Shown piece after piece: positions 21,791 through 31,226 of a stretch of 64,000 nt of DNA. Location: assembly GCA_030647005.1 (NCBI GenBank), contig JAUSKG010000021.1:27105-91104 (forward strand). Direction: 5' to 3'. Each line of letters opens with the position of its first letter. The stretch's first letter is position 1. Origin of the DNA: a bacterium. Lineage in GTDB: Bacteria; Patescibacteriota; Patescibacteriia; JACPHY01. Position numbers and translations under genes: made by a program. The notes beneath the pieces are model-generated. The model saw nothing but the letters and a program-made list of their open reading frames with translations, was not told where the DNA came from and did no database searches.

Positions 21791-23191
21791 ATGGCCATCG
21801 CCATCGCGACGTTCGTCATCGCCTACCTACTCCTCATTGATGGGTACTATCGTCGTACCGCTGTGGTGCTCGTCGCGTCGGTCTTCCTGTTGCTCACGGG
21901 GATCGTCACGCCGCTTGTCGCGTTTCGGTCCATCGCGTGGGATGTGCTCGGCGTGTTCTTCGGGATGCTCGTCCTCTCGGACCTCTTCGTGGAGTCGCGG
22001 ATGCCGGCGGTGATCGCCGCGTGGATCAGTCGGAAGACCGCGAGTGTCGCCGGTGCGATTTTCGGACTCGCGGCGTGCGCGAGCGTGCTCTCGTTGGTCC
22101 TCGAAAACGTCGCGGTAGTGCTCATTTTTGCACCGGTTGCGCTCGCACTCGCAAAGCGGCTTGGCACGAGCGCAGCGCCGTTGCTCATCGGCATCGCCAT
22201 TGCAGCGAACCTCCAGGCCGCGGCACTGATGGTTGGCGATCCTCCCGCGATGTACCTGGGGACATACGCCGGACTCTCATTCAATGATTTCCTCTGGCAC
22301 GATGGCAGGCCTGGGATCTTCTTCGCCGTTCAACTCGCGACGATGGCCGCGCTCGCGATGTTCTGGTTGCTCATTCGCAAGCATCGTGCAGCCGTCCCTT
22401 CGTTTCCCGTTGAGGTACCAAGTACCGTGATGCCGACGGTGCTGCTCGTGGGTGTTATGGTGGCACTCCCGCTCGTGGTGCTGCTCGCGAGTGGTACGCC
22501 GCACGTCACGACGTACACGGTGCTGACGTTCGCCGCGGTGGGGTGGCTCTGGCACCTCGCGCGACATCACCTGCGAGCAGCGAACGGCAATGAGGGTGGG
22601 CTGGTGCACACGCTCTTCTTCCACCGTATGCCGCGTGCGTCGGAGGTAGGCGTTGCGCGCCCGCTCTCGCAGCTCCAGCGGCGTTTTCTCTCGATACGCG
22701 ATCGGTTCGGTGGTGGTCACCGGCTGCTGCGTGAACTCGATTGGGAGACGATGCTCTTCCTCATCGGCGTGTTCATCCTCGTTCAGGGATTGGTGACCAC
22801 GGGCGCAATTGATGCGCTCGCGGGATGGCTGGCGCACGTCGCGGGCACGAGCACGCTGCGTACGTACGTCCTCCTCATCGTGTTCGCGGTGGTGGTCTCT
22901 GCGTTCGTGGATAACATTCCGTTCATTGTCGCGATGCTGCCGGTCGCTTCCCACCTCGCGCTCGGCCTCGGCATTGATCCCTTCCTCCTCTATGGAGGGC
23001 TGCTCCTGGGCACGTCCGTGGGTGGAAACATCACCCCGATCGGCGCGAGCGCAAACATCGTCGCGTTCCGTTGGCTCCAGCGGTACGCGGATGAGCCGAT
23101 ATCGTTTGGCGGGTTCGTGAAGTTTGGGCTCCCCATGACGCTCGCCGCCATGATCGCTGCCGGTGTCTTTGGCTGGTTCGCGTGGCAGTGA
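21791..23191 (+). CDS. ArsB/NhaD (SLC13/CitMHS-like) anion permease
   Basis: Many TM helices; ANL..AALMVGDPP, SAFVDNIP, GGNITPIGASANIV. Confidence 0.88.
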   Translation: MAIAIATFVIAYLLLIDGYYRRTAVVLVASVFLLLTGIVTPLVAFRSIAWDVLGVFFGMLVLSDLFVESRMPAVIAAWISRKTASVAGAIFGLAACASVLSLVLENVAVVLIFAPVALALAKRLGTSAAPLLIGIAIAANLQAAALMVGDPPAMYLGTYAGLSFNDFLWHDGRPGIFFAVQLATMAALAMFWLLIRKHRAAVPSFPVEVPSTVMPTVLLVGVMVALPLVVLLASGTPHVTTYTVLTFAAVGWLWHLARHHLRAANGNEGGLVHTLFFHRMPRASEVGVARPLSQLQRRFLSIRDRFGGGHRLLRELDWETMLFLIGVFILVQGLVTTGAIDALAGWLAHVAGTSTLRTYVLLIVFAVVVSAFVDNIPFIVAMLPVASHLALGLGIDPFLLYGGLLLGTSVGGNITPIGASANIVAFRWLQRYADEPISFGGFVKFGLPMTLAAMIAAGVFGWFAWQ

Positions 23192-23239
23192 GTAAGTACG
23201 TGCTAGAGTGAGAGAGAGTAGGTTATTGTCAGAAACGTT

Positions 23240-23881
23240 ATGATCTATCGTATTGCTATGCTCGGTCCCCAGGGGTCTGGGAAGGGGACGCAGGCCCGCT
23301 TGCTCGCCGCAGAGCTCGGCGTACCCGTCGTTGCACCCGGGAAGATGTTCCGGCAGGAGATCGCGCGCGACACGGCACTCGGGAGGCGTGTGGCACCGAT
23401 GATCGAGCGCGGGGAGATGGTCCCGAACGCGATTACGAACACGATGGTGCGGGAGCGACTCGCGCAGTCGGACACCGCCGGCGGGTACATCCTCGATGGT
23501 TACCCCCGCGATCGCGAGGAGCTCGAGGCGTACGACGGTTTCGCGGAACCCTTCACGCACGTCGTCCTCCTTGATCTCGACGACGCAACAGCGGTCGAGC
23601 GCCTCGCGCACCGGTGGATCTGCATCTGCGGAGCGCCGCACTCCGATCGGGAGCTCACGCTCAGCCAGGGCGCGGAAGCCGCATGCGCGGCGTGCGATGG
23701 GACGCTCGTCCATCGGAGCGATGACGAGCCGGATGCCATTCGCCGTCGCCTCCGCACGTACCACGCGGAGACCAAACCCGTCCTCGTAGAGGCGCGTGCG
23801 CGGGGCGTGCTCGTGGAGATTGATGGGAGCGGGACGATCGATGAGGTCTTTGGAGTCGTGAAGAACGCACTCGGTCTATGA
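23240..23881 (+). CDS. adk: Adenylate kinase
   Basis: GPQGSGKGTQA, LDGYPR, Cys-containing lid, RSDD. Confidence 0.95.
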   Translation: MIYRIAMLGPQGSGKGTQARLLAAELGVPVVAPGKMFRQEIARDTALGRRVAPMIERGEMVPNAITNTMVRERLAQSDTAGGYILDGYPRDREELEAYDGFAEPFTHVVLLDLDDATAVERLAHRWICICGAPHSDRELTLSQGAEAACAACDGTLVHRSDDEPDAIRRRLRTYHAETKPVLVEARARGVLVEIDGSGTIDEVFGVVKNALGL

Positions 23882-24657
23882 TCGCACGCAACGCAGAGGA
23901 TCGGAAGACGCTCCGCGAGGGCGGCAAGCGGCTTGGCCGCGTGCTCGCCGCGTGCGCGGCGGCCGCGGTTCCCGGTGTGGCGATCGCAGAGCTTGATATG
24001 CTCGCCGAGCGCCTCATTCTGGAGGCCGGTGGGCGTCCAGCGTTCAAGGGGTACCGCCCGAGCCGTACGTCCGCGCCGTTTCCGGGGACGCTCTGTGTCT
24101 CGGTGAACGACGAGGTGGTCCACGGCGTTCCGACGCGCAGCATCACGCTCGCGGAGAGAGATCTCGTGGGGCTCGATATCGGAATGCAGTGGCCAAGCGC
24201 GGGCGGACTCTACACCGATACCGCGCTGACGGTGTGCGTCGGTGGTTGCACACCGGAGCAGCAACGCCTCGTGGAGGTAACGGAGCGCGCGCTCGCCGCA
24301 GGCATTGCCGCTGCCGCCGTCGGCAGTCGCATATCCGATATCGCGCGCGCGATTCAGGAGATCGTCGAGCCGGCGGGTTTCGCGATTGTCCGCGATCTCG
24401 TTGGTCACGGCGTCGGTGGTGCGGTGCACGAGGACCCGCAGGTTCCCAACTACTGGGACGCGCACCAGGTGGACACGGAGCTCCTCGACGGCCATGTCCT
24501 CGCGCTCGAGCCGATGGTGACGGCAGGTGGGTGGCGCGTCGTAGTGGACGAGGATGCGTGGACGATTCGCACGCAGGATCATTCCCTCGCCGCACACGCC
24601 GAACACACGATTCTCATTACGAAATCCGGTACGGAAATTCTTACCCGCGCCGCGTGA
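23878..24657 (+). CDS. map: Methionine aminopeptidase type I
   Basis: CVSVNDEVVHGVP, GHGVG..VHEDP, LEPM, AHAEHT. Confidence 0.97.
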   Translation: MIARNAEDRKTLREGGKRLGRVLAACAAAAVPGVAIAELDMLAERLILEAGGRPAFKGYRPSRTSAPFPGTLCVSVNDEVVHGVPTRSITLAERDLVGLDIGMQWPSAGGLYTDTALTVCVGGCTPEQQRLVEVTERALAAGIAAAAVGSRISDIARAIQEIVEPAGFAIVRDLVGHGVGGAVHEDPQVPNYWDAHQVDTELLDGHVLALEPMVTAGGWRVVVDEDAWTIRTQDHSLAAHAEHTILITKSGTEILTRAA

Positions 24658-24665
24658 CCGCAGGT

Positions 24666-25043
24666 ATGGTTATCCTCGGCGTTGACTACGGATCGGTGAA
24701 GGTGGGGTTGGCGATCGCTGCGGGTCTGGTTGCTGCCCCGCTGCGCGTCGTCCCCGCACAGGATGCCCGTTTCCTTCGCGAGGAGCTCCGGCGCGCCATT
24801 GTGGAGTACGACGTGGGGATGGTCGTCGTCGGGATGCCGAAGGAGGACCGCGAGCGCGTGGAGGCGTTCGTCGCATGGCTCCGGCGCGAGCTCACGCAGC
24901 CGGTTGTCGTGGAGGACGAGCAGCTCACCACCCAGTTTGCCAAGCGGCTCATGCGCGGTTGGAAGGGGAAAGCCGAAGACGACGCGATCGCCGCCGCGCT
25001 CATCGCTCAGACGTACATCGAGCGGAGCGCGGAAGGAATGTGA
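24666..25043 (+). CDS. ruvX: YqgF/RuvX pre-16S rRNA nuclease
   Basis: ILGVDYGSVKVGLAI, VVVGMP, EDEQLTT, DAIAAALI. Confidence 0.92.
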   Translation: MVILGVDYGSVKVGLAIAAGLVAAPLRVVPAQDARFLREELRRAIVEYDVGMVVVGMPKEDRERVEAFVAWLRRELTQPVVVEDEQLTTQFAKRLMRGWKGKAEDDAIAAALIAQTYIERSAEGM

Positions 25044-25074
25044 GAGATATGAGAAAGCGTGCTTCTCTCTTCGT

Positions 25075-25809
25075 ATGACCTACGCCGCAACCGCCATCAT
25101 CCTCCGGCGGCAGGATGCGCATGAGTGGGATCGCCTCTACACCGTCTACACTCGCGAGTACGGGAAACTCCTGCTCGTGGGGAAGGGGACGCGACGTCCG
25201 CGTGCAAAACTCGCGAGTCACCTCGAGCCATTCGGCGAGACGGAGATCGAGGCCGCGCGTGGGCGTCAGATTGACCGCGTCACCTTCGCTCGTGCCATCC
25301 GAACAAACGATGTGTTCGCTTCGTCCCATGAGCACCTCGCGTGTGCGTCGTTCCTCTGCGAGTCCGTGGACGTCCTCACGAAGCAGGGCCATCCCGACCT
25401 CGCCTGCTACGATCTCCTCCGTGAAGCGCTCCTTCTGCTCCCGACGCTCCCCGCGGGAGATCGCGGTATTATTCCCGCGTTCATCCTGCGTCTCATGAGT
25501 ATCCTCGGCTACGCACCCGCGCTCGCTTCGTGTATCGAATGCCGTGCGACGCTGGCGCAGCAGACCGCTGTCGCGGTGCCTCATCGCGGAGGCGTCCTGT
25601 GCGAGCGGTGTGCACCGCCAGCGGAGCGCGTGCTGCTCCCGCCACGCGACCGCACCGTCATCGAGACGCTCTGCCGTTCCCTCCTTCCGATGCCCGTGAG
25701 CAGTGCCGTTGCCGCGTTCGCCACGGACCTCCTCGCGGCGCACCTCCCGTACGCCATGCGGACGCCCTTGACGGGCGCGACGGGCTCTGCCACAGTGGCC
25801 ATGTCGTGA
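25075..25809 (+). CDS. recO: DNA repair protein RecO
   Basis: AIILRR..HEWDR..TVYTREYGK...HLEPF; CIEC...LCERC zinc finger. Confidence 0.92.
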   Translation: MTYAATAIILRRQDAHEWDRLYTVYTREYGKLLLVGKGTRRPRAKLASHLEPFGETEIEAARGRQIDRVTFARAIRTNDVFASSHEHLACASFLCESVDVLTKQGHPDLACYDLLREALLLLPTLPAGDRGIIPAFILRLMSILGYAPALASCIECRATLAQQTAVAVPHRGGVLCERCAPPAERVLLPPRDRTVIETLCRSLLPMPVSSAVAAFATDLLAAHLPYAMRTPLTGATGSATVAMS

Positions 25810-25914
25810 GCGCAGGGAGCGCGTCCCGCTTGTCGGGAGGCGCTCTTCTTTTGTGCGCTGTCCACCACCGCTGACAACTTGCGCGCTTCCTCCAATGGGA
25901 TACGATAGCGTTCT

Positions 25915-27285
25915 ATGCAAGAAACACTTCGCATCGTTGACGTGCCGCAGCAGGTTGGCACAGACGTGACCATTGCCGGTCGGGTCGCATCGCGGCGGGA
26001 CATGGGGAAGATCGTCTTCCTCGACGTTCGCGATCGGTACGGGCTTCTCCAGGTTGTCCTGACACCGGACGTCCCCGTCGAGGATCGCCACGCGCCCCAC
26101 CCGAGCGTTCCCGGGACACCGGTAACGCAGAAGGATGTGCGCGAGGGCTCCTACGTCCGCATCACCGGACGCGTGAAGCAGCGCGGTGAGAAGTACGTGA
26201 ACCCGAACATCGCGACGGGCACCGTGGAGATGGAGGCGGGTCAGATCACGATCATCGCCACATCGCAACCCTTCCCCTTCGATCCCCAGGACGATCTCCA
26301 CATCGACACGTACCTCGATCACCTCCCATTCACGCTCCGTACCGACCGCGGGCGCGCGATCTTCCGCGTGCAGGCCGCTATCGTCGAGGGCTTCCGAAGC
26401 GCGCTCACGAAGCGCGGCTTCACGGAGTTCCACGCGCCGAGCATCGTCGGCGGCTCCACGGAGGGCGGGGCGAACGTCTTCACCATTGACTACTTTGGCA
26501 AGCCCGCGTTCCTCGCGCAGTCCCCGCAGTTCTACAAGCAGATCATGGTCGGCATCTTCGAACGCGCCTTCACCGTCGCCACCGCGTTCCGCGCCGAGCT
26601 CCACGCGACGAGTCGTCACCTCAACGAGTACTGCTCGCTCGACTTTGAGTTTGGCCCCATCACCGACCACCGCGATGTCATGCGCATGCAGAACGACATG
26701 CTCATTGATCTCGTCGCACACGTGCGCGCGGTCTGTGCGGACGAGATCGCCGTGCTCGGTGCCACGCTGCCGGAGGTGCCACCGACCATCCCATCGCTCA
26801 AGCTCCGCGAGGCGCAGGAGGTGCTCAAACGCGAGTTCGGCATGGATTGCGTCGGCGAGCCGGACCTCGAGCCCGAGCACGAGCGCAAGCTCTGCGAGTG
26901 GTCCGCACGGGAGCACAGCTCGGACTTCCTCTACGTCACGCACTACCCCACAGCCAAGCGTCCGCTCTACACCATGCCCGACCCCGAGGACCCCGAGTTC
27001 ACACTCTCCTTTGATTTGCTCTTCCGCGGCGTCGAAATCACCACTGGCGGCCAGCGCATCCACGACTACGAAATGCTCAAAGGCAACATCGTGAAGTGGG
27101 GCCTCGATCCTGCTAAGTTCACCTACTACCTCGAGGCCTTCCAATACGGCATGCCCCCCGAAGGCGGCCTCGCCATCGGCCTCGAACGCCTCACCCAGAA
27201 GCTCCTCGGCCTCGACAACGTCAAACTCGCCACCCTCTTCCCGCGAGACATCGGGCGCATTGATGATCGGCTGTCGGCGGGATAG
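25915..27285 (+). CDS. aspS: Aspartate--tRNA(Asp/Asn) ligase, archaeal-type non-discriminating
   Basis: OB fold; TEGGANVF, LAQSPQFYKQ, EITTGGQRIH, GLERL; no bacterial GAD insertion. Confidence 0.93.
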   Translation: MQETLRIVDVPQQVGTDVTIAGRVASRRDMGKIVFLDVRDRYGLLQVVLTPDVPVEDRHAPHPSVPGTPVTQKDVREGSYVRITGRVKQRGEKYVNPNIATGTVEMEAGQITIIATSQPFPFDPQDDLHIDTYLDHLPFTLRTDRGRAIFRVQAAIVEGFRSALTKRGFTEFHAPSIVGGSTEGGANVFTIDYFGKPAFLAQSPQFYKQIMVGIFERAFTVATAFRAELHATSRHLNEYCSLDFEFGPITDHRDVMRMQNDMLIDLVAHVRAVCADEIAVLGATLPEVPPTIPSLKLREAQEVLKREFGMDCVGEPDLEPEHERKLCEWSAREHSSDFLYVTHYPTAKRPLYTMPDPEDPEFTLSFDLLFRGVEITTGGQRIHDYEMLKGNIVKWGLDPAKFTYYLEAFQYGMPPEGGLAIGLERLTQKLLGLDNVKLATLFPRDIGRIDDRLSAG

Positions 27286-27317
27286 TGTGTTCGTTCAGGA
27301 GAACATGCAATCACTCT

Positions 27318-27938
27318 ATGGTTATTACTGATCCGCCATCAAACGAAGGGGTTATGGTTCAGCGTGGTTGGGGATGGGTGCTCGCGTCTAGCGATAACGT
27401 CCCTCACGATCCCAGTGAGCATTGTCCAACACGGGATGTGTTTACGGGTCGGTTAGATCATGCCCGCATTCTTCTCGAGCGAGCACCAAAATTTCAGATG
27501 ATAGCATCGGAGCTCATCGCTGCGGTCGGAGAGATTGGGAACAACACGTTTGATCACAACATTGGACAGTGGCGAGATGTTCCAGGGTGTTGGTTCGGGT
27601 GGATGCTTGGAGATGGACATTGGACAGCGGTGATCGCCGATCGCGGCCAGGGTATTCTTGCAACATTGCGTCGTATTCGGCCGGAGCTCCATGATGATAT
27701 GGAGGCGCTTCGTGTTGCGTTCCGCGAGGTGATTTCTGGACGATCTCCCGAGCAGCGGGGGAATGGATTGAAGTTTGTTGCATCCGTCATCGGGCAACGC
27801 GGGGATCGGCAGCTTGAATTTCATTCTGGAGCAGCACAAGTCGTTCTGACATCTCCTAGAAAAGGACGGCACGAGGAATGGTCTCCATCTGTACGGGTGC
27901 TCCCGGGAACCCTTGCCATCCTTTCGGTTATGGTGTAG
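27318..27938 (+). CDS. GHKL/HATPase-like protein
   Basis: EIGNNTFDHN, IADRGQGI, RGNGL; start uncertain. Confidence 0.75.
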   Translation: MVITDPPSNEGVMVQRGWGWVLASSDNVPHDPSEHCPTRDVFTGRLDHARILLERAPKFQMIASELIAAVGEIGNNTFDHNIGQWRDVPGCWFGWMLGDGHWTAVIADRGQGILATLRRIRPELHDDMEALRVAFREVISGRSPEQRGNGLKFVASVIGQRGDRQLEFHSGAAQVVLTSPRKGRHEEWSPSVRVLPGTLAILSVMV

Positions 27939-27953
27939 TATTTTGGTACAACT

Positions 27954-28244
27954 ATGAGAATTGCATTGAGTAAATTTGGGCCCATGTTGGTCTCCCGTCC
28001 CGCAGGTCGTGATGCCCTGTTGATTGCTTCTGCATACCTTACGCCCGTATCGGAAACCGAGTCGATCGAGATCGATTTTACCGGCGTGCATGTACTCACT
28101 CCCTCATGGGCAGACGAGTTTGTTACCGGACTCCGTAAGAAATACGGAGATCGGCTCGTGTTGCTTCCCTCCGATAATGTTTCCGTAAAGCTTACCCTTG
28201 CAACGATCGGTCAATCTCCGAAAACCGGACCTGACGCGGTTTGA
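27954..28244 (+). CDS. STAS-like (DUF4325-type) protein
   Basis: LVSRPAG...IDFTGVHVLTPSWADEFV. Confidence 0.8.
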   Translation: MRIALSKFGPMLVSRPAGRDALLIASAYLTPVSETESIEIDFTGVHVLTPSWADEFVTGLRKKYGDRLVLLPSDNVSVKLTLATIGQSPKTGPDAV

Positions 28245-28389
28245 CACGTTCTGTGGAAAAAATCGGACCTGACACGATTACCTCTCACCATCTCGTTTTC
28301 ATAGCCCTCCCACACACGGCTGGGCGTTAGAAAAAAATCGGACCTGACACGATTACCGTTTGCTCGTCGAGAATTTAAAATAGAAACGT

Positions 28390-28584
28390 ATGCTGGACCT
28401 CAAACGCACTCTACTTGCAAAGGAGTTATTTCTGGCTGCCATTATCTTCTATGCCATGGCATGGTTGATCGGAGGTATTTTTGGAGACGCGCTGAAGCTA
28501 ATAGGGTTCATTGCCCTGGCCATGGCAATTATTGCTGCGATTCGTGAAGTCAGGAGAGAGGCAGCAGACAAATCAAAAAAATAA
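28390..28584 (+). CDS. Small 2-TM hypothetical protein (repeat-flanked)
   Basis: Two hydrophobic helices; lies between inverted type A repeats. Confidence 0.65.
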   Translation: MLDLKRTLLAKELFLAAIIFYAMAWLIGGIFGDALKLIGFIALAMAIIAAIREVRREAADKSKK

Positions 28585-28844
28585 GGTAAATATAGATAGG
28601 ATAATGGTAGGATAATGGTGTCAGGTCTGATTGTCCGTTAAAAAGCGGACCCGACACGATTACTCTTGGGCGGTGGCGGATGTGACGCCGTGATATGATG
28701 ACCGCATGAAACCGGCACAGAGCAACATCGCTCACCTCGACGGCGCGAACGGAACGGAAGGTGCGAGCGATGGGAAAAAGAATCAGACCTGACATCATCA
28801 TCCTTGCTTTCTTCCGCTTGACACCATTATCCTCCACTAAAAAT

Positions 28845-29417
28845 ATGGATAAACTAGAAAATATTTTTATTGGTTTTAGAAATAGTTCATTTGATGAAAT
28901 AATCAAGTTAAATCTTAACCACACTATTTCAAACAAGGAAAAACTAATTTTTAGAACTATTTTTGAAAATTCTGCAAATTTAATTGCTTCGTTTATCAAA
29001 GAAATAAAAGCAAGTAAGTCAATAGAGGAAAAAGATTTTGACTGGATGATGCTACTTTATGTTTTTGTTTGTGTTCAAGAACTTCATGACATACTAGATC
29101 GGGTAGAGAAAACAGACGATGCTCATATAAAAAATACACTGGATGTTAATAAACAAGATTTGATAAATCATCTTAAGAAAATATTAGGTGGTAAAGATAT
29201 GGGTAGTGTTGTGGATAAAACGTTTAATCACATAGAATCTTCTGATAAGGAATCGGGTAATTACAATGAATTTGTTGTTGGAAGAACTTATGTAATTTTT
29301 AGTATGTTAAAAGAAAATCAAGTTAATATTGAAAATATGTCAAGTGAAAAATTACTACAAATTTCAGAAGAAAATTATAAAAATAGTATAGTAAATTTTG
29401 TAAAGATTTGTGTCTAG
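28845..29417 (+). CDS. AT-rich hypothetical protein
   Basis: Intact ORF, extremely AT-rich relative to flanking genes. Confidence 0.75.
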   Translation: MDKLENIFIGFRNSSFDEIIKLNLNHTISNKEKLIFRTIFENSANLIASFIKEIKASKSIEEKDFDWMMLLYVFVCVQELHDILDRVEKTDDAHIKNTLDVNKQDLINHLKKILGGKDMGSVVDKTFNHIESSDKESGNYNEFVVGRTYVIFSMLKENQVNIENMSSEKLLQISEENYKNSIVNFVKICV

Positions 29418-29593
29418 TAAAGAGAGCAAGGTAGAAAAAGGGAAAAAGGAAAGGGGAGATAAAGAGAGATAAAGTGAAAAAATGGACTTGACCCCTTTCT
29501 TGTCTTTCTTGCATTTGCTGCTTTCTTGACACTATAAAATCGGACTTGACACGATTTCCGTGGACATGACACGATTTCCGACACGATTTCCAT

Positions 29594-29899
29594 ATGTGGG
29601 AGGATCTCGACAAAAAAGAAAAAGGGGAAGTCGTGAATTTGGGACTGGCTATTTTGGTCGGCTTGCTTTTCTTGACATATTTTATTCGGGGCGTGAGAGA
29701 TGCTCCTCATGTAGCTGACTACCGTGAGCAATTCAGTGACTGTATGGAGGGTGCAAAGAATGGTCAGGAGCGCTATTTTTGTAAGGAGCATTTTGGTGAA
29801 CCAATGCTTTGGTTACAATTCAAGGAATGCAAGAAGGACCAAAAAAATAAAGTATGTAAAAAAATATTAAATGAACAGCTAATGGATCTTTACAAATAA
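29594..29899 (+). CDS. AT-rich membrane-anchored Cys-containing hypothetical protein
   Basis: One TM helix, four Cys; nested within inverted A and B repeats. Confidence 0.7.
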   Translation: MWEDLDKKEKGEVVNLGLAILVGLLFLTYFIRGVRDAPHVADYREQFSDCMEGAKNGQERYFCKEHFGEPMLWLQFKECKKDQKNKVCKKILNEQLMDLYK

Positions 29900-30197
29900 T
29901 TTGCAGAAATCGTGTCAATGCAGAAATCGTGCGAAAAACCGTGTGCCAAATCGTGTCAGGTCTGCTCTGTTAATAAAGGGGTCAAGTCCATTTCTTCGAT
30001 GATGACGGCTATAGGGAGCACGAGGTGATCGAGTGCACAGATAAAGGGGTCAAGTCCATTTATTTGACGATGACGGCTATAGGGAGCACGAGGTGATCGA
30101 GTTTGGCCCATTTCCCTTTCATAGAGGGAATACGAAGTGATCCAGAGCACTGCTTGGGGGGGGGTAGAGAAGGGTTGATCGAACGCGGCGTGCCGTC

Positions 30198-30659
30198 TCA
30201 TTGCATCGAGCAGAGGGTTGAGAAATCCGAGACCGAGAGCTCCGGGATTGGCGATGTCGTAATGGCAGCGCAATGACGCTTGTCCCTCGTGAAGCGTGCG
30301 AGGTAGAAGGAGCAGCTCCCGCGCTCGCCGTCGTTTTGTTGCTGTGCACACGTTTGCACGGCGTTGGCAGCGTCATTGAGGTCGCAGCGTTCCTCGATAT
30401 CCGCTGGACATGGTGCGTTGACGCAGACAAGTTGGTGTTCCACAGCGCTGTAGGAGCCGTTGAGTTTTCGACACCACTCCTCGGTGCGGCCGGTGACCTC
30501 GTACTGTCGCGCTGCCTGGGCAGGATCATCTGGCCATGCGGCATCATATGCCGCTCGACGTTGATCATCCGCTGCACGCCGCGCAACTGCCATGACAACG
30601 ATCGCGACAACAAGCGCAGCAATGGCGAGGAGTGCGATAGTTTGGTTGCGACGCGACAT
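30198..30659 (-). CDS. Secreted or anchored Cys-rich hypothetical protein
   Basis: N-terminal TM/signal segment; multiple Cys. Confidence 0.7.
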   Translation of the reverse strand: MSRRNQTIALLAIAALVVAIVVMAVARRAADDQRRAAYDAAWPDDPAQAARQYEVTGRTEEWCRKLNGSYSAVEHQLVCVNAPCPADIEERCDLNDAANAVQTCAQQQNDGERGSCSFYLARFTRDKRHCAAITTSPIPELSVSDFSTLCSMQ

Positions 30660-30917
30660 ACGAGCTGGTGAGGGCCGATGCTTGAGTTTAGTTTCTTATC
30701 CCGTTCAGTATAGCACGAAAATCGAAGGTGGATAAAGGGGTCAAGTCCATTTCTTTGACGATGGCGGCTATAGGGAGCACGAGGTGATCCAGTGAAAAAT
30801 GGACTTGACCCCTTTCTCCTTTCTTTCCGACATTGACCCCTTTCTTTCCGACAGCATCTGGACGCGGTGCTGCTCGTGTGCCATACTGCATGGAGGTCTT
30901 TAGACAAGGAGGAGCTC

Positions 30918-31154
30918 GTGGGAAGAATGATGTACAGGGTGCTTGGTATCTCGGGCGCGATGCTTTCGCTCGCGCATGCTGATCCCGGACTCGTGGCTGC
31001 GGATCCCCATATGAGGGTCAGTCCGGCGAGCCAGTGGATGTTCTTCGCCCTCCTCGTCGCAGTGCTGGCCTTCGTCGCGTTCGTCGAGTACGTTTGCGAA
31101 CGTCTCTCGTACTGGTGGGCGGGTCGCAGTCGCGCAGGCCATCGCCAGGCGTGA
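30918..31154 (+). CDS. Small membrane hypothetical protein
   Basis: AAGGAGG upstream of GTG/ATG; hydrophobic segments; terminator follows. Confidence 0.5.
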   Translation: MGRMMYRVLGISGAMLSLAHADPGLVAADPHMRVSPASQWMFFALLVAVLAFVAFVEYVCERLSYWWAGRSRAGHRQA

Positions 31155-31169
31155 GCAACATCGCGCAGC

Positions 31170-31198
31170 ACCCCGCTCCTCATCGGAGTGGGGTTTTT
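31170..31198 (+). terminator. Rho-independent terminator
   Basis: ACCCCGCTCC-TCATC-GGAGTGGGGT-TTTT. Confidence 0.7.
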
Positions 31199-31226
31199 CG
31201 TTGTGGGTTTGGTACGATAGAGGACT

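Larger units (their letters stand above)
28221..30816. repeat. Interspersed palindromic repeats with core GGAC(C/T)TGAC(A/C)C bracketing short genes
   Basis: Type A AATCGGAC(C/T)TGACACGATT: forward near 28221, 28257, 28331, 28640, 28775, 29536, 29561; reverse near 28613, 29906, 29948. Type B AAATGGACTTGACCCCTTT: forward near 29480, 30797; reverse near 29975, 30043, 30734. Confidence 0.9.

Noticed and set aside
29414-29791. Minus-strand ORFs across the AT-rich island (also 28550-28999, 30119-31336)
   Set aside because: They run through the repeat tracts and lie antisense to, or overlap, more plausible ORFs.
28221-30816. CRISPR array or classical integron interpretation of the repeats
   Set aside because: The repeats occur in both orientations with irregular spacing and whole genes between them. 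I saw no cas or intI gene and no clear attC-type RYYYAAC...GTTRRRY boundaries.
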